64,000 bases of DNA. It comes from Balanoglossus misakiensis (Eukaryota; Animalia; Hemichordata). This document shows positions 1-27,918 of this stretch, in pieces. The stretch is from the NCBI GenBank assembly GCA_040954595.2, contig CM082578.2:10029519-10093518 (forward strand), read 5' to 3'. Each line of letters begins with the position of its first letter. Position 1 is the stretch's first letter. The translations under genes were made by a program, and so were the position numbers. Below the pieces are notes generated by a model that saw nothing but the letters and a program-made list of their open reading frames with translations, searched no databases and was not told the origin of the DNA.

Positions 1-174
1 GTAGGTTTAAATGAAAGTTGGCCTGCTTATACACACAGACATACGTTGTGTAGATACAGTGAGCGTAAAGTTCTGTGCAGTAGACATGAAATACAGAATT
101 ATAACGTCTTCATGGTGAGGTTAAGGTGCAAACGACCCAATCAGACCCCTCTCTCTTATCCTCTTCCTCCTCAG

Positions 175-998
175 AAAGTTCGAAATCGCCTATGTATTCT
201 TTGCCAAAATGTGCTCCGGGCCTGGCATCTCCACTGTCTGATGGTTACTGGTTGGACGGCAGGTGGCAGTCTCTGGTTTGCGACAATCAGGATTGGAGTA
301 ACGCCGAGAAAGTCCAAACCTGCCTTCAGGGTAAAACCGTCGCGTTGATAGGAGACTCCACGACGAGAGAACTGTTCCAGATACTGATTGAATACATAGG
401 TTATCCCATAGAGGTGAATGACGGCAATTGGAGGGATATAGTTGAGCCAATAGACGGTCTGTATGACGTCACCGGGGTGGAAACTTTGAACTACGTCTGG
501 TCCCTTTATGATATTCCTCATGACATTAACCTGACGTTCCGTCATCACGCGTTGACGTTCCACCGCGAAATACCAATTTTACGGTTTCCTTTCGAGGTCG
601 ACGTCATCGACAACTTGGGGCGCTCCTCGTGCAATCACGTGGTCCTGGTCAGCCTCTGGGCCCACTTCAGCGGCTGGACCCTGGAGAGCTTCGTCGACAG
701 ACTCGTGGCTATCCGTTCCGCCCTCGCCCGCCTGAGACAGCGCTGCCCGGATACGGTCATTGTGATCAAGGGGCCGCACAACACAGGCGAGGCGGGCATG
801 CAGTACTGGTTGATGTACGACATGATGCGGATCAAGCGGGACGTCTTCTCTGGCCTGTCCGTCAATTTCGTGGACGTCTGGGACTTGAACTCTGCTTACG
901 CGGCCGCGTACGGCACGGACATGAGATTGCACATGCAAATCCCAGCCGTGCGTCAAGAACTAGAACTCATCCTTTCCTACATCTGCACGACAACCTAA
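175..998 (+). CDS. Terminal exon of an NXPE family (neurexophilin/PC-esterase domain, SGNH-like) protein; 5' exons lie upstream of the window
   Basis: Pyrimidine tract plus AG at 173-174 (phase 1), frame open to TAA at 998. Motifs DGYWLDGRWQSLVC, CLQGKTVALIGDSTTR, SLWAHF, CPDTVIVIKGPH, FVDVWDL, LHM and C-terminal LSYIC are typical of NXPE C-terminal domains. Confidence 0.85.
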
Positions 999-1147
999 AA
1001 GTGCAAGGAGACGGTGCCGGCAAGGAGACGTGGTACAAAGCAAACTGACCACAGCAGAACATATGTTCCTGTAAAAGTTATGAAGAAAGCTGTCTTTTTC
1101 ATGTGCAATTTTGTGTAAACGAATTGTGTATAGTTGTGACACTTTGA

Positions 1148-1153
1148 AATAAA
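1148..1153 (+). terminator. Probable polyadenylation signal of the NXPE gene
   Basis: AATAAA about 150 nt after the stop codon, followed by T/GT-rich sequence. Confidence 0.55.
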
Positions 1154-1874
1154 CTCGCCATTTGAATTTTTCGTGTATTTTTCTGTATTCTAAGTCTTTG
1201 TAATATTCGCATCATGATGGAGACCACGGTGCATTGGAGTCTGCGCTAAAGGGACACCTGTCTGATACGCTCCCGTTTAATTTTAGAGAATCAGCTATTC
1301 GGCCTACACATCAGGTGCGCTCAGTCAGTACATGAGTCTGGTGGTTGTACGGCCTTGTCACAATCTACACCTTCCGTATTTCCATGATTTATTCAACGAT
1401 AATTGCCTCTAATCGTTATTAAATGCCGAATGGCGTCCGTCAAGAGCAATCATATTTTGTCCCGGGGGAAACCTTAAGTTTAATGGGACGTTTTGTTCAG
1501 AGACCGAAATTGGCAGTACACTCAAAACATTTGTTGATTACCAATTTTGTTAATTAATATGTTTATGCCATCTGACACTGTTACACAACTGTAGGGTATA
1601 ATGCGAGTCGAGGGACTGTGCTGAAAAGCACACTCATGAGATTCCTGTCGTTGCGGCGAGCATAGAATGTGTGGAGTAACTGCTTTCATATCACGTGGAT
1701 AACCAGTCGCCAGTTTCTCCAATGTTGTCCAGAAGGCTGAAGTAGGAATTCGTCAAAAATGTCGTCTGCGTCGGTTTGGGTAAGCATTGCTTTCTGACGG
1801 CGAAGTATTCTCGGACAAAAGTTAGTATCTGAAAAGTTTCCAGATAAACAACAAACGATAGGTTTGTCGACATC

Positions 1875-15900
<14,026 letters not shown>

Positions 15901-16016
15901 CGTCTGCATTTATGTATGTGTTGATTTCCCATAGTCCCTTTTTACCGAAAAACTTACTATTCCTTGTATTTTTAGGTCTTTTTGGAAGCCCTAAATGTTG
16001 ATAAAGCTTATCGTAC

Positions 16017-16713
16017 TGTTACGTAGGAGAAGTTTGTTGTTGTTTTGTGACCAGGTGTGTTTTCGCTTACTTTCGTAATTTGAATATTTGCGTGACCAGG
16101 TGTGGTGCATTCATTATTTTCCCCATATAAAAAGCCCGCACGTTGTGTTGCGGCGTAGCTACTAATTTGGACTTGCTCGTGTGAGCTGTTCTGTTCCTCG
16201 CCGGCTTGGAAGCTGTGCCTTATTTCCTGATACACTGGTCTGGAAACCGCGCCCAGAAGCAGTGTTTCATGCTGTCCTGGTCTGGAAACCGCGCCCAGAA
16301 GCCGTGCTACCATGAGGAATTCGTCTGAAAGCCGTGCCGTCTACCGGGGAATTGTGCCAGAACGCTACTCGGACTGAACGTCACTGTTGGGACTGCCGCG
16401 GTGCTGGTCGCGTTCGTCGTGCGCTACAGAACCGTGGACTTTATTCTTTCATTTCCCACACCTGGTCACATTTAAGGTAGTCATTTATTTTCCTGTGTTT
16501 TTCCTCAGTGTACAGTCATTTTATATTTACCAATGTTTAGTTGTAGTATTTAAAAGTTTCCATAAGCAAGGAAATAACGTGTGGTGTGTCTATTGTTGAC
16601 CTGACCGTCTTTGTTGCGTGCTGCGCTGGTTGGTTCACCAAAGCGAGCCATTCAGTAAGTCTATTTCTGCTCACTGCCCTGTTTCGGAACTGAACGGCCA
16701 GCGTGCCGTAACA
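16017..16713 (+). mobile_element. Solo LTR (probably Ty3/Gypsy-type), copy 1
   Basis: TGTTACG...CGTAACA termini, 4-bp TSD GTAC/GTAC, internal TATAAAAAG; near-identical to the copies at 34052 and 54874. The strand given is nominal. Confidence 0.85.
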
Positions 16714-17789
16714 GTACATGCGAGAAAACACTGCATGCGTATTACTAGTAATATATCTCTAATTCTGTATATATTTAGTCTCATCGCGTTAAAAGTTAAT
16801 AGTTGGATACTACACTCGGTCTGTCTTTCCGAACAAAGATTAGTTGATAACTATATGTTCCGAGGAAAACTATGTTGTTTTGAGAATCTCATTTACAATT
16901 TTCTTTGTCAATCACATTTTAACTGTTATATTGTTAACAAATATAGGCTAGTTCGCAGTCACTACAAATTTTAAAGATGCACTATATTGTAACACTGTAA
17001 ATGTCTGGTTTATGATTTTAGAAAACAAAAGGACCGATACTTTGGCAAAAGCTACGTATATATTCATCTTTATATGTCATTTAGACAAGCTTTAAAAATC
17101 TTATGACGGTTTGAATATAGCGTGATGACACTAAACGCCCCAGGCTTATTGCGAAGAATATTAGAGATTCAGTTGCTCGGTCATCGCCCTACAAGGTTAG
17201 GAATTATGATTAAACATTTAGGTGTTTACCTACGAAAAATCATTTTGAGGAAAAGCCATGACTTGTTGTTGACAATCAGAAGCTTGCCGATGCAAGTTGC
17301 CGATGGAACATCGGTTGACATCAAGGATATGCTACTCATTGCTATAACAATGGCATGCTTAACTACATGTATGATAGAAGATGCGCTTCCTTCACAATGC
17401 CTTCGGGAAGAACAGTCACTTCCCCCATTCCCCGTTCACTATTAAATACCTTTAATACCTTACGCTTGTCACGAGAACATATTCAAAATTGACATCTTGT
17501 TATTAAGCTACCCCTTGGGGCTATGACCCTGAAATTTGTGGAATTGATCAACAAATTTTCATCTTGTTAAGCTATCTCTTGGGAGCACAGACCCCGAAAT
17601 TTCTAAAACGGATCAACAGATGCAAGGAAACTGCAGTGCTAGCGAAGACATGTATTGTGAGCTTGTATTTTCTTCATGCGCTGATTAGACTGTCACTTGC
17701 CACATTTCCCAGTAATACACATTTAGAATTAATGGAGATTATTAGCCAAGTGCATGTTTGTCTTATAGATGTACACACTCCTCGAGCTC

Positions 17790-18340
17790 CAGTGCAGTGG
17801 AAATCATCAGCAAATCCGCCAGATTAAGGAGTGACGTATTGTCTCCCTGCTCCCACGGTGAAATTAACTTTGCCCTTTAAGAAAAGCAGGGTAGTTATCA
17901 ACTAACACGATTGGAACTACTTCTTGATAACAAGATCTTCAAAGTAGCTTGAAATAATTGATATTTTACTGTGAGTCCTACTTGATCATCTTTGTCTTTA
18001 TCTCTGCCGAGCCGCACCCACCCACGCATGTCATATTCTGATACAAAGTCATGCCAAGACGTTCAAACCAGGTTAAGGGGGTTCAATACCCCTTTTCACC
18101 GACTTGACATGATTACATCATTGCACAAATGACTACATGCGTACCATACCTTTCTCACAAGGACAGGAATCGACCTCCCCAGCCTAAAGTATTTCTATGT
18201 GTGCCATGATGCGCGTGGACACAGACCCAGATTGCATTGCTTCGAGACAATTGTAAAGTTTTGAAGCTTAGAATGACGCCAAATGAACAGCCTGAGGACA
18301 TAATTTAATGATGAGAATATCATAAGGTCCTGTCCGTCGG
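17790..18340 (-). pseudogene. Possible highly decayed non-LTR retrotransposon RT remnant
   Basis: The minus strand gives short RT-like fragments in the expected order (KPRRTGPYDI ~18320, QGDNTS ~17845, GFADD ~17810), broken by stops, frameshifts and deletions. Confidence 0.25.
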
Positions 18341-21300
18341 GGTTTATGAGTAATATAGTACTTAGAACGATCATTGTATTCAGATAATGATTTCAAGAAG
18401 GGGTCATTCTAGTGCCAGAGTTAAGTACTGTTGGAAAAGGCCATTGTCATTAATACCAAGTCTGAGTACGTGCACCGTAATTGACAATTAATATCAGGGC
18501 CAAGGTCTTTGGTTATACATATGCTGACACGAGAACAGGCTGGAAAATGCCAAATTAATTTAATTCAATTCAAGCAGCACAGTTGATTTGTATGACATCC
18601 GAAGAACTAATGTATCCATTCGCCCTCAGTTCTATCAAACATGTATATTTGTGAATGCGGCATTGAACTTTTAGTTAGTATGGCAAAATTGGGGAAGGGT
18701 GGTGGTGATATGTAGGAAAAATGCATTTGACTAAATTAGCCTGACCACTTTCTGAAATTCATTTTCGAAATCTGAAAAATAAACTATTGTGCATATACAC
18801 GACAGTCTGAAGGCCTTGATCGAAAAAGGAGAGGTCGTGCTAACATACTAGCAAACTCAGGTGGTTTCTATGATCTGTTACACTCTTCTTAACCACAGTA
18901 CTTAATACGGCCTTGTGATATACCAGTAAGTAATTGATAGATAATAACTCTTCTCTGGGTGTTGCAGTGAGTAAATGAAGGGTCACAGAAGACGGCAACA
19001 GGAAACAACTGACAATGGCAGAAATGATAGGCCCTACTCTTGTTAGTGTGTCTTGAGTACCGTCAGCCTTGTTAGCCGGATGCCGCTATAAGTAGATTTC
19101 TCAGAGGTAGGATACTCGACGGGAATTATAGTTGAGCTCGGGATCTAGTTTCACCGGTGGCAGACGAGTTGGGAGGAGAAAAAGCTGGGGGCGATTGATT
19201 CGCCGCGTGTTAACCAGCGCCGTTGGGACTTCAAGCCTCGCGGCCATATTTTAAGGGTAACAGCAGAGTAGCAAATCAGAGGACAACGTGATTCCTATAT
19301 CAGGCGTAATTCCACAGATAACCTCGCACATTCCCATGATTCCGGTTCAAGGCATCTTTCAGCTGACGCCAAATAAAATTCATCAAACAAGCAAATGGTA
19401 CAAGAAACGGACAATCGAAAATCGCAAAACATTGCGAATGTACGTGTCTTCTCGGGTAAGGTCATTGAAAAGAGATCTGTTTTTCGCTAAAAGTGGTTCA
19501 ATCATGATTACTCGCGACCTCTCTGCCATTGTCCACAATTTAATCACGCCAATCGGCTTGAATATGTGATTTATTTAATATCTTTAATTCGTTTGTGGAC
19601 CATAATTGTATTCCATGCACAGATTCACACATTCATCCATCCATCCATCCAGGTATATATAGACATACAGTACACGTCCGTGAATGACATCGTGACATTT
19701 AGAACACCGCTTCATCGGGGGGTAGCGATTACTGATCGTTACCCAGGCATCACGATCTTCCCTCGTGATCACTGCTTTTCCTGTAATCCGTGGGACGCAA
19801 CTGTGCTCGGGGACTCGACCAGCAAAAACTGTCACATTCCTATAGGAATGTGCCGAGTGTCTTCATTGTGTTTACTTTTCACGTCGTTCATCCCCTTCAG
19901 CTGTCCTCAGATTTGAATGTCAACGCATACTAAGTCGAAAGGGGCGACGTGGTAAATGTATTGAATGGGTTAACTGCACTACCAGTTCATTTTGTTTCGG
20001 TTCCAGTTTTATATCACGTATCGAATACTAACAACGACAGTGTACCATTCACTGGTCATAAGAATATTCATTATCGGCTGAAGATGCCACTTTTAAATAT
20101 ATATTATTTATTTTGCCCCATGGCGAAGAGAGTTGGAGTCAGCCGAGCACCCACATTTCCATTGTCGTTTTTTTCCATATCCAACCCAAAGCTTTTGAAA
20201 CGATATATACAAACGCTCGCGTTATCTGCCTTTGCAATGTTCTTTGTAAGCTACATGTTGCATACAACTTTTGACGAAGTTATCGCAGAAACTCACAAAA
20301 AAAGTCTTTGAGGACTTGAGAAATGCTTTGATCCTCCTTAAAAACTGCACGCGTTGCATAACTTCGTATGAGTCTGGTACCCAACACCTCGCGCATACCA
20401 AGTATCATCTCTATCTGCCATTTCGACATTTATTGTAAGAATGTGTTACTTTGGCGACACTGCTGTCCAAAAGTCGACTGACTCATCACGACTCTGACAA
20501 GTCAGTAACAAGATGCCCGTGGCGATATCCAAATACAAAATGTTGCCTCCAGAGTGAAAGAATGGTTTGAATCTACAGCATTGACACCCTCCTTATCATA
20601 ATCATTGACTTTACTTTCTGCCTGTGATATGTCAAATTTAGCGACGGAGGGTTTTCCTTTTATACTCGCTGCGATTTTCTGGTGAATCCGCCTCAGAATC
20701 CTCTGGGTGAATGTTGTGCTATTTTAATGCTCCAAACATGGCCGAGTCCCGACCTTCATAAATACACCAGGTTTAGATTTTTGTACAGCTATTTGCTTTT
20801 TGGTTTACTAGTTTATGAAGCTCGTAATCTTCTGACAATTCTAAATTCGGCAGCTCATTTTAATATGTGCTAGATAGAGAAAATCTTAGCACATACCTTA
20901 ATTGTATATTCTCAGGTCCGTCAATATGTTCAGGGTAGCCATGGGCACTGTGTGTGTTCGTAGCGTGAGATGAACGACAAATGCATTTTCCTCGCCAATT
21001 TTAGAGCTTCAAATGATTGAAGTTTGTTCCTTGAAGCCGCATAGCGTATACGTTTCGTGATTTTCTCTGTTCAACTGTAGCTCGTCGATATAATTTTGCG
21101 TAAAAGAACAAAAACGCCGATGAATATCTGAGTGTAAAAGATAAGGCAGCACTATCGGAGTTTTGAGTGAAGAAAAAGCCAACACCAATATTGCAATCAG
21201 GGAGAACAGGCAGTGTATTGTGTAAGTGATTTTACCACACGATTTGGTCTACGTGCTTCTTGGCAAACGTAATCTCGGGGGGGGGAATCCTTCTATCCTG

Positions 21301-24300
21301 GCAAGTAACTTTAATCAGCATCTAGCCCATAGAACTTCTATACAATATTAATAGATGAGAAGGTTTCTGTAATTACTAGAATATCGGGTGTCTTTATAGG
21401 CCATGTTGATATGTTTTATCTTCTTATTTGTACGTCATTTTGAAGGCCTGCAAATTAAACAGCTATCTTTGACCAATTCAAAGAAATGCTAGGTGTACTT
21501 TGAATCTTATCAAATATTCGGACCTTGACCAGAATGTAATCCGAATCCCCGTGTTTACAGTTCGATTAATCTAACCTGTGCTGTGCAATGACGTCAGAAA
21601 CATCAATGCCATCACTAAGCATTTTAAACCTCCTGATAAGATTACCAGAATATTCCTTTATTTTTAAACATAAAATAGTCTACGTGCTATGGATACAGTT
21701 GCCTTTCATTTAGTGTTTACAGAACCTAGCTTTTGATTTTCCTTAATACAGAGTTCGGATTTAGCAGTGCATTTTAGATGAAGTCGGTCCTCTTTTCAAG
21801 TTGAAGGTCATGTCAACTGAGCACTGTGAGATCAGTGAAATCCTTACATGTTTCTAGCCGTAGCAATGCAATACAGTACAGTATATGTAAAATTTGTATA
21901 AAAAATATTTAAAAGTTGGCAGCTATAGGGGCTTTGGACCTCGTCCTTGGAATAATATTAATGGCAACTTCCTGCGCCGTGTGGTTAAGGTTAGTCTGGT
22001 AACACACATGCAGTAACAAAAGCTGAAAAAAATATATCGCAGGCATTCGTTCTAAAGAGTTCTCTCAAAATGGCTTATGGTGCCAATTTCGAACGGAAGG
22101 CTCCGGGCAGTTCCCGAGTAACCCGGTACACGCTGCGCTCGTTGTATCACCGCTGCAGGAGATGGCGAACCGCCGTGAAAAGAAATTCGCGTAGCTCCGA
22201 ATCGCCGTGAAAGGTTACAGCGTTCCCTCATATACGGGTGGGTCCAACATGACTGGCCTCCGTCACGCCCCTACACGCCATCATGAAGCAATTACTGCAA
22301 TATTCCTGATAAATATCGGCGGAAATTGGTGGTGCTTTAACTAGTCTTGGAGGTATTACATGTACATGTATATATACTAAAGAAAATTGCAGGGTGCTCC
22401 TAGGAAGTCTGGCTGAATATAGCTATTATATTAAGACATGTTCAGATCACGATTGGATAGGAAATAGAAAGATGTAAGCTATTTAATATTTGTCAGACTG
22501 CGTTAGTGTGGTCTTAACATTTTAAGAGCTTTTTTAGCTGGGTTGGAGAACTGAACATGGCGAATTAATACGCGTTTCCTCATATCAGCATCGCTCGGGA
22601 AAAGTTGCTGTCGACATTCTGCTGTATTCGCCACGTCATCGTTTGCCAATTTGCCGAAAAGGCTTTAAACCTCGGGAAACGCCATGGGTATATGCTCAGA
22701 AAATTCGATCATTGCCGCGGCGAATTTATGGCTCTTTGGTTTGCAAAGAGAAGCATCAAACGTGAAACCCTTTGCTCTTTATTTCACTTTATTGCTCGTG
22801 TCCATTTACCTTGATCATTAATTTAACTCATTCAGATATAGTTAGTTTTCTTGTCTTCTTCATATCGATTGGTGATTTTTTTTCTATCCCACGAGGGCAC
22901 TGAAACTTTCACAGCTCGCTATATATCGACACCGTGCGCTTTTATATTTACCGAACCGCCATGTATGTAAAGGGAATTGTGTGAATAACGACATGCTCCC
23001 GCGAGGACCAAGAGATGAACAAAACACCGTGCAAAGTCTGGTTTACGGCTGGGATCGTCTGAAGCGTTCAACTGTCATCAAGACAGTTACATTTATTCCC
23101 TGTTTGTGTAGTCTGCTGTTTTTCAGTCCGCTGAGTTCTGCAAGGAAATGCACCTGATTCTATGTCTGTGCACACTATCGCTCTTGTTTATAAGGGTTTA
23201 CCTCAACGTACATGTACATGTACGTGCCTGATTGTAAATCGGCATTTTCGAATATTAGTATCTAATGAGAATTTTTAACTCAGAACTTATTTCCCACACC
23301 AAAACACTACCACGATTAGGTTTTCGGCAGCAGCAAGTTAATGTGCCCTAACGATGAGAATGTTTACTTTTCCGATACACGTGTACAGATCAGGTTATTG
23401 GCGTGATTGCTTGTGTGCTAGTAAATCGGTTAATATCCTTACAATAAGGTAGATTTAACCGTGTTTAATGACCCAAATGCAATCAAGTGTGCCGGGCCGG
23501 TATGAACTGCAGCGGTGATCTCCATGAGTTTGATTGATTTGTGTGCGACAGAATGTTTGCTTCCATCACATTTGATAGAGGGGGACTCTGTTTCAATGAA
23601 GTGCAGTGGTCAGGGCCTGTTTATATACTCACTGACAGGTTGACTGTCATTCCGCACGTAAAGAGCCAGTCTTCGATACGTGCATAAGAGCATATATGCA
23701 GCCGTAACTAAACGAAAAAAAAAATTTGCCTTAAATCAAGTTAAAATATTCAAGCGAATATACCAAATATGTGCATGATTTGTAGGAGTCGTTAATACCA
23801 CGCGTTCACAAATGCACGTCGTCGAGGTTGATATATTGATAGACAGAAGAAAAATAATTACAGTCGCTTAACCTCGCGTTATTACACATTTCCGCATTTA
23901 TTAATCCACGATGGTTCCGTCAGCCAGGCGCTGATGCTGTACACTTAACGACTCGAACGGTTTGATCCCTGGCAAGATCTTGATCTGTTACTGTAGTAAA
24001 TCTATTTTCGTGAGCCTCCTCGGTTGCCGTGGGTCCATGAGGCATAATTTGCATGCACGACGTCGACGCGTGTACACGGTGTAAAGATAACTCAGCCGGG
24101 CGCTACAATTTATATCCCCAAGGTCCGTGTACAAAATCAATCGTCCTGGATGGTGTTCTCATAGCCTGTAGTTCAACTTTAATTCGACATAAATTTTATA
24201 GCCTGCTGTGTGATTTTCTCTCCTGTACAATGTGAAAGCGGTGTGTGTCCGGAATATGCATATGGAGTACATCATTCCGCACGTACTTCAATATCCTGCT

Positions 24301-26326
24301 ATACCTGGACGCTATCTCAGAACTTTGCAATCGTCGGGAATGGTATAAGCAATGGTTGAAGGAACTCACACAATACCGTCTTTATGAATAATGTAGGATG
24401 ATTGCCTCTTAACTCCCGCGGCAATGAAGTGCTCAAGCCACGCACCGCGGCCCCTGTGGTTGCAACATCTATTACTGACAACATCCAATTTCCCACCGTG
24501 TCAACTTCCCGGTTTCTTCTCCCATGCTGCTCCATCTCTGTCTTTCTCACTAAAAGCCTAAAAAGGCCAGTATTTTTTTTTCATCATTACTCTGATATTT
24601 TAATCAACCAACGTTGAAACCGCAGCGAGTAATGGTTTGGTGTCAAACTAAAGTTTAACGTCATGCTATTTTACTTACCGAGATGTGTGTCCCTCTGTTT
24701 GTTGCTACACTTTTGCATGAAACGTAAATTTGAGTATATACAATACTACACTCAGTGGTACTGTTTCTAAGTTTAAAATAGGAAGCTGTTTTACAAATAC
24801 AGCCTAGGCCTGTTAGCCATTTAGTTAATTCAGTGGCAAGGGAGCTGTTCAAAGGACAGTTATAATTTGAAATTGTCAAATATTTACTTGTCTCCGTTGT
24901 TTGTTTCATAAAATCACTGCTAGCGATTTTGTATATACCGTTAGCCAGCACAGTCTGCTTTAAAAAGTTCTACAGTACAACTGTCTGCGAGTTAACTGGA
25001 GGACCGAAGAGCGGGAATTTCAGAGACATTATTGGTTGTCTACAGGCTAATCTTTATCAAGATACTCGAAAATTTGATTTTGTTGGAACCGTGTTGGTAA
25101 AGAGACTCCTTTGAATACCAATGAAACAGTTAAGCCAAGCTTCATCATTACTTTTATTGCCAGAAAAGGCATTTAATTAGTTCACAGCATTCATGGATTT
25201 CCCCTATTACCACATCCATCAGGATTCCATGTTTTCGACATTAACAGCAGGGCGAGCGAGAATGGGGTAAATCAAGCTTAAATATTTTGAGGCACCGTTC
25301 CAATAAAAATTCAACAAAAGTGTTTATTGGAGTGACGTCAACTGTAATTGTGTTATCAGACTTTTCATGGCATTGCATAAGGGGACTCGAACAAGGTGAG
25401 AAGTTGTAATCAGTGAATGTGGCCTTATTATCTTATAGAAATCTTCGTTCGCACGCCCAAGTCCCGATTGAACCGCGACCGCATTCTACATGTTCGGGTC
25501 AAAGTCGGAACACACTCCATTGTCTGTGATCACGCATTAAATATAGAGAGAAGGCTCCCCACCCTCCATTGAAATATTTACAGCTCATTTGAATCACAAA
25601 GGGAAAAAAACACAAGACTACCGCAGGGTGTGGGTGAGCTCAATCGAGTGCCGCACCAAATCTAACCCACCGACCGAATAATTCCCTTTGAGAAGCAAAT
25701 TTGAGACCAAATCGGTTTATCCAGAAGTCCTGAAGACGGCGATTTGTCTTACAAGACGTGCTGACCTGCAAGCAAAGGTGAGGGACACGCTCCTCATACA
25801 ATGTTCGTTTCACGGCAAGGCCACTCCCGTCTCGCCAAGCATTTTTTGAAAACACAATCATTCAATTCCTTGGCGCAGACATGTTATTTGTAAGGTAACC
25901 CGGGATAGCCTATCTTATCAACAGTCGATATGACGTCAGTGATGTCCTGTGAGACTGCTGATATGTGTACAATACAACGGCGAAAAGCAACTTTATATCT
26001 GCCAGCAGTATACGACCTTCGTGACCTTAATGCTTTGTTATTCAAATCACAGGGAAGAGTGAGCTGAACACCCCACAGATGTATCATGTATATACGCAGA
26101 TAGAGATCATGATCATGATTCCTTTTCAATTTCCATCAGAGATACTAGCATCTTCCATACACGGAGTCCTCTTAACAACACCATTTGCCTCAGGATGTAA
26201 ACATTTATTTGCAGTTCTTCACACGTTTATTTTTAGTTTAGATACTTTCCTCTAAAAGTCTGTTCGCTTTCAACCATGTTTCTTTTCATGAAAGTCTTGT
26301 ATTTCGGAGTAGCGATGGGCCAGTGA

Positions 26327-26406
26327 TGACGCAACCCTGAGAAGGTCGTTGATTGGCCAAGCCCCGCAGCTATTGTAGTGTAAAGTGAGGTCATATTGAG
26401 TCAGTT
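26327..26406 (+). promoter_or_regulatory. Putative promoter of the LRR-Ig gene
   Basis: TGACGCAA (26327), inverted CCAAT (26352), AGGTCA half-site, AP-1 TGAGTCA (26397) and Inr-like TCAGTT (26401), ~300 nt upstream of the ATG. A short 5'UTR intron ends at AG 26694-26695. Confidence 0.4.
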
Positions 26407-26718
26407 CCTAAGTTGTTTGGCCCAGGGTCTCGACATCACTTATCAGACAGATCGCATGAAATTATATTCGAGCAATATTCGCAGATTTGGTGGGAAATCA
26501 TGACTGCTTCTTTTCTGAATTAGAGATTGGTTTATAGTAAAGGACCACATGTGAAGCAGGATATCTAACTATTTTCGACTAACACTGAGTGAGCTGTATT
26601 GACTTGTGTTTGCCTTTATTGATAGGTATGGTTGCAATTATCTCATTTTACCTTGCAATGTTATTTCATTTTTATTTCATTTCATTTCATTTCAGAGAAA
26701 CTGTTGATTACACTGAAA

Positions 26719-27918
26719 ATGGATGGGTCAACTGCCCGTATACGTATACTGTTTTTTGTATTTGCTGTCCTTGTCCTCGTCCCAGCAGGCTTGACTTGCC
26801 CGGATGTCTGCAACTGCAGAGACGGTATCGTTGATTGTGGGGGACTTCAGCTGACACTTATCCCGGAGCTTATGCCGTCTAACTCAACCGTGACGTCCGT
26901 CGTTCTATCGAACAATTCTATTTCGTCCGTTTCGGCGGATGATTTCGCCGGACTGGTCGAACTTGAGCATTTATATCTTGACCGAAATGACATTGCTTCT
27001 CTTGACGGAGAGGCGTTCGAGACACTTACTGAACTAAAGACATTACATTTACAACACAATGAACTGCGCCTGCTCCCCAGTTCGATTTTTGAAAGCAACA
27101 CTCAGCTGTCCCACGTGAACGTCGAGAATAACATGTTGACATATCTACCATCCTCGCTGTTTGTGCCTCTACAACCCTTTGAGAATTTAACGGTCCAGCT
27201 TTCTGGCAACCCCTGGATGTGTGACTGTCACATGACCAGTTACAGAGAATGGCTGGGGAGTCTGGACAACGCCACCTTCGAATCGTTTGACCTTACTTGT
27301 CAGGGGCCCCAGCAACTAGCAGGAAGGACCCTGAGTGATGTGGCCGTGGAAGACCTGCAGTGTCCCGGACCGCAAGTCTTTTCGGACCTTTTCCAGTTGA
27401 TCCGCGTGAACGAAGGCGGGGAGGCGCAGCTGCAGTGCGACTGGGAGGCCGACAAAATATCGTGGGTCTTGCCAGACAGGACGGTTGTCACGCTGAGCAG
27501 CGACAGGGAGGACGTGACACTCGGGTACGGCGGGAAGGTGCTGAACATACACGGTGCGACAAGAGACCACGACGGAATATACGCGTGCTTCGTGGAAGGC
27601 AGCGAAAGAAGAGACGCTTCGCTGCTCGGGGTCTCCGTAAATGCAAGTTCCCCGGAACCGAGCGAACCGAAGGTCATCATCCGGGAACTGTGCCGAAGTC
27701 ACGAGACCAGCAGCTACGTCGGCGTGTTCTTGGGGGGCTTCATCCTGGCCGTGGCCATAGGCGCCTGCGCCTTCCCCCTGTACACCTACTGTAGATCGCG
27801 CTACAGAAAGGGGATGGACTTTAATAGGTCAGAACTTTACGCCGACAGGCCTAGAGTTTATTACGAAAATAATGGTGTCCAGCTGCAAGATTTTCAAACA
27901 GGCGAACAGAAAATTTGA
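26719..27918 (+). CDS. LRR + Ig domain type I transmembrane protein (LIG-type), 399 aa, single coding exon
   Basis: Signal peptide, LRRNT CPDVCNC...VDC, about 4-5 LRRs (LxxLxLxxN), LRRCT LSGNPWMCDC...C.GP..L.G, Ig domain (AQLQC..W...DGIYAC), TM VGVFLGGFILAVAIGACAFPLY, short tail. The real ATG follows the acceptor at 26695. Confidence 0.92.
   Translation: MDGSTARIRILFFVFAVLVLVPAGLTCPDVCNCRDGIVDCGGLQLTLIPELMPSNSTVTSVVLSNNSISSVSADDFAGLVELEHLYLDRNDIASLDGEAFETLTELKTLHLQHNELRLLPSSIFESNTQLSHVNVENNMLTYLPSSLFVPLQPFENLTVQLSGNPWMCDCHMTSYREWLGSLDNATFESFDLTCQGPQQLAGRTLSDVAVEDLQCPGPQVFSDLFQLIRVNEGGEAQLQCDWEADKISWVLPDRTVVTLSSDREDVTLGYGGKVLNIHGATRDHDGIYACFVEGSERRDASLLGVSVNASSPEPSEPKVIIRELCRSHETSSYVGVFLGGFILAVAIGACAFPLYTYCRSRYRKGMDFNRSELYADRPRVYYENNGVQLQDFQTGEQKI

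Noticed and set aside
16008-16731. ORFs inside the repeated ~700-bp element (also at 34 kb and 55 kb)
   Set aside because: Frames are not conserved among the copies; this is non-coding LTR sequence.
23915-23975. B-box-like GGTTTGATCCC (tRNA/SINE), similar case near 25460
   Set aside because: No convincing A-box or cloverleaf, and no second copy.
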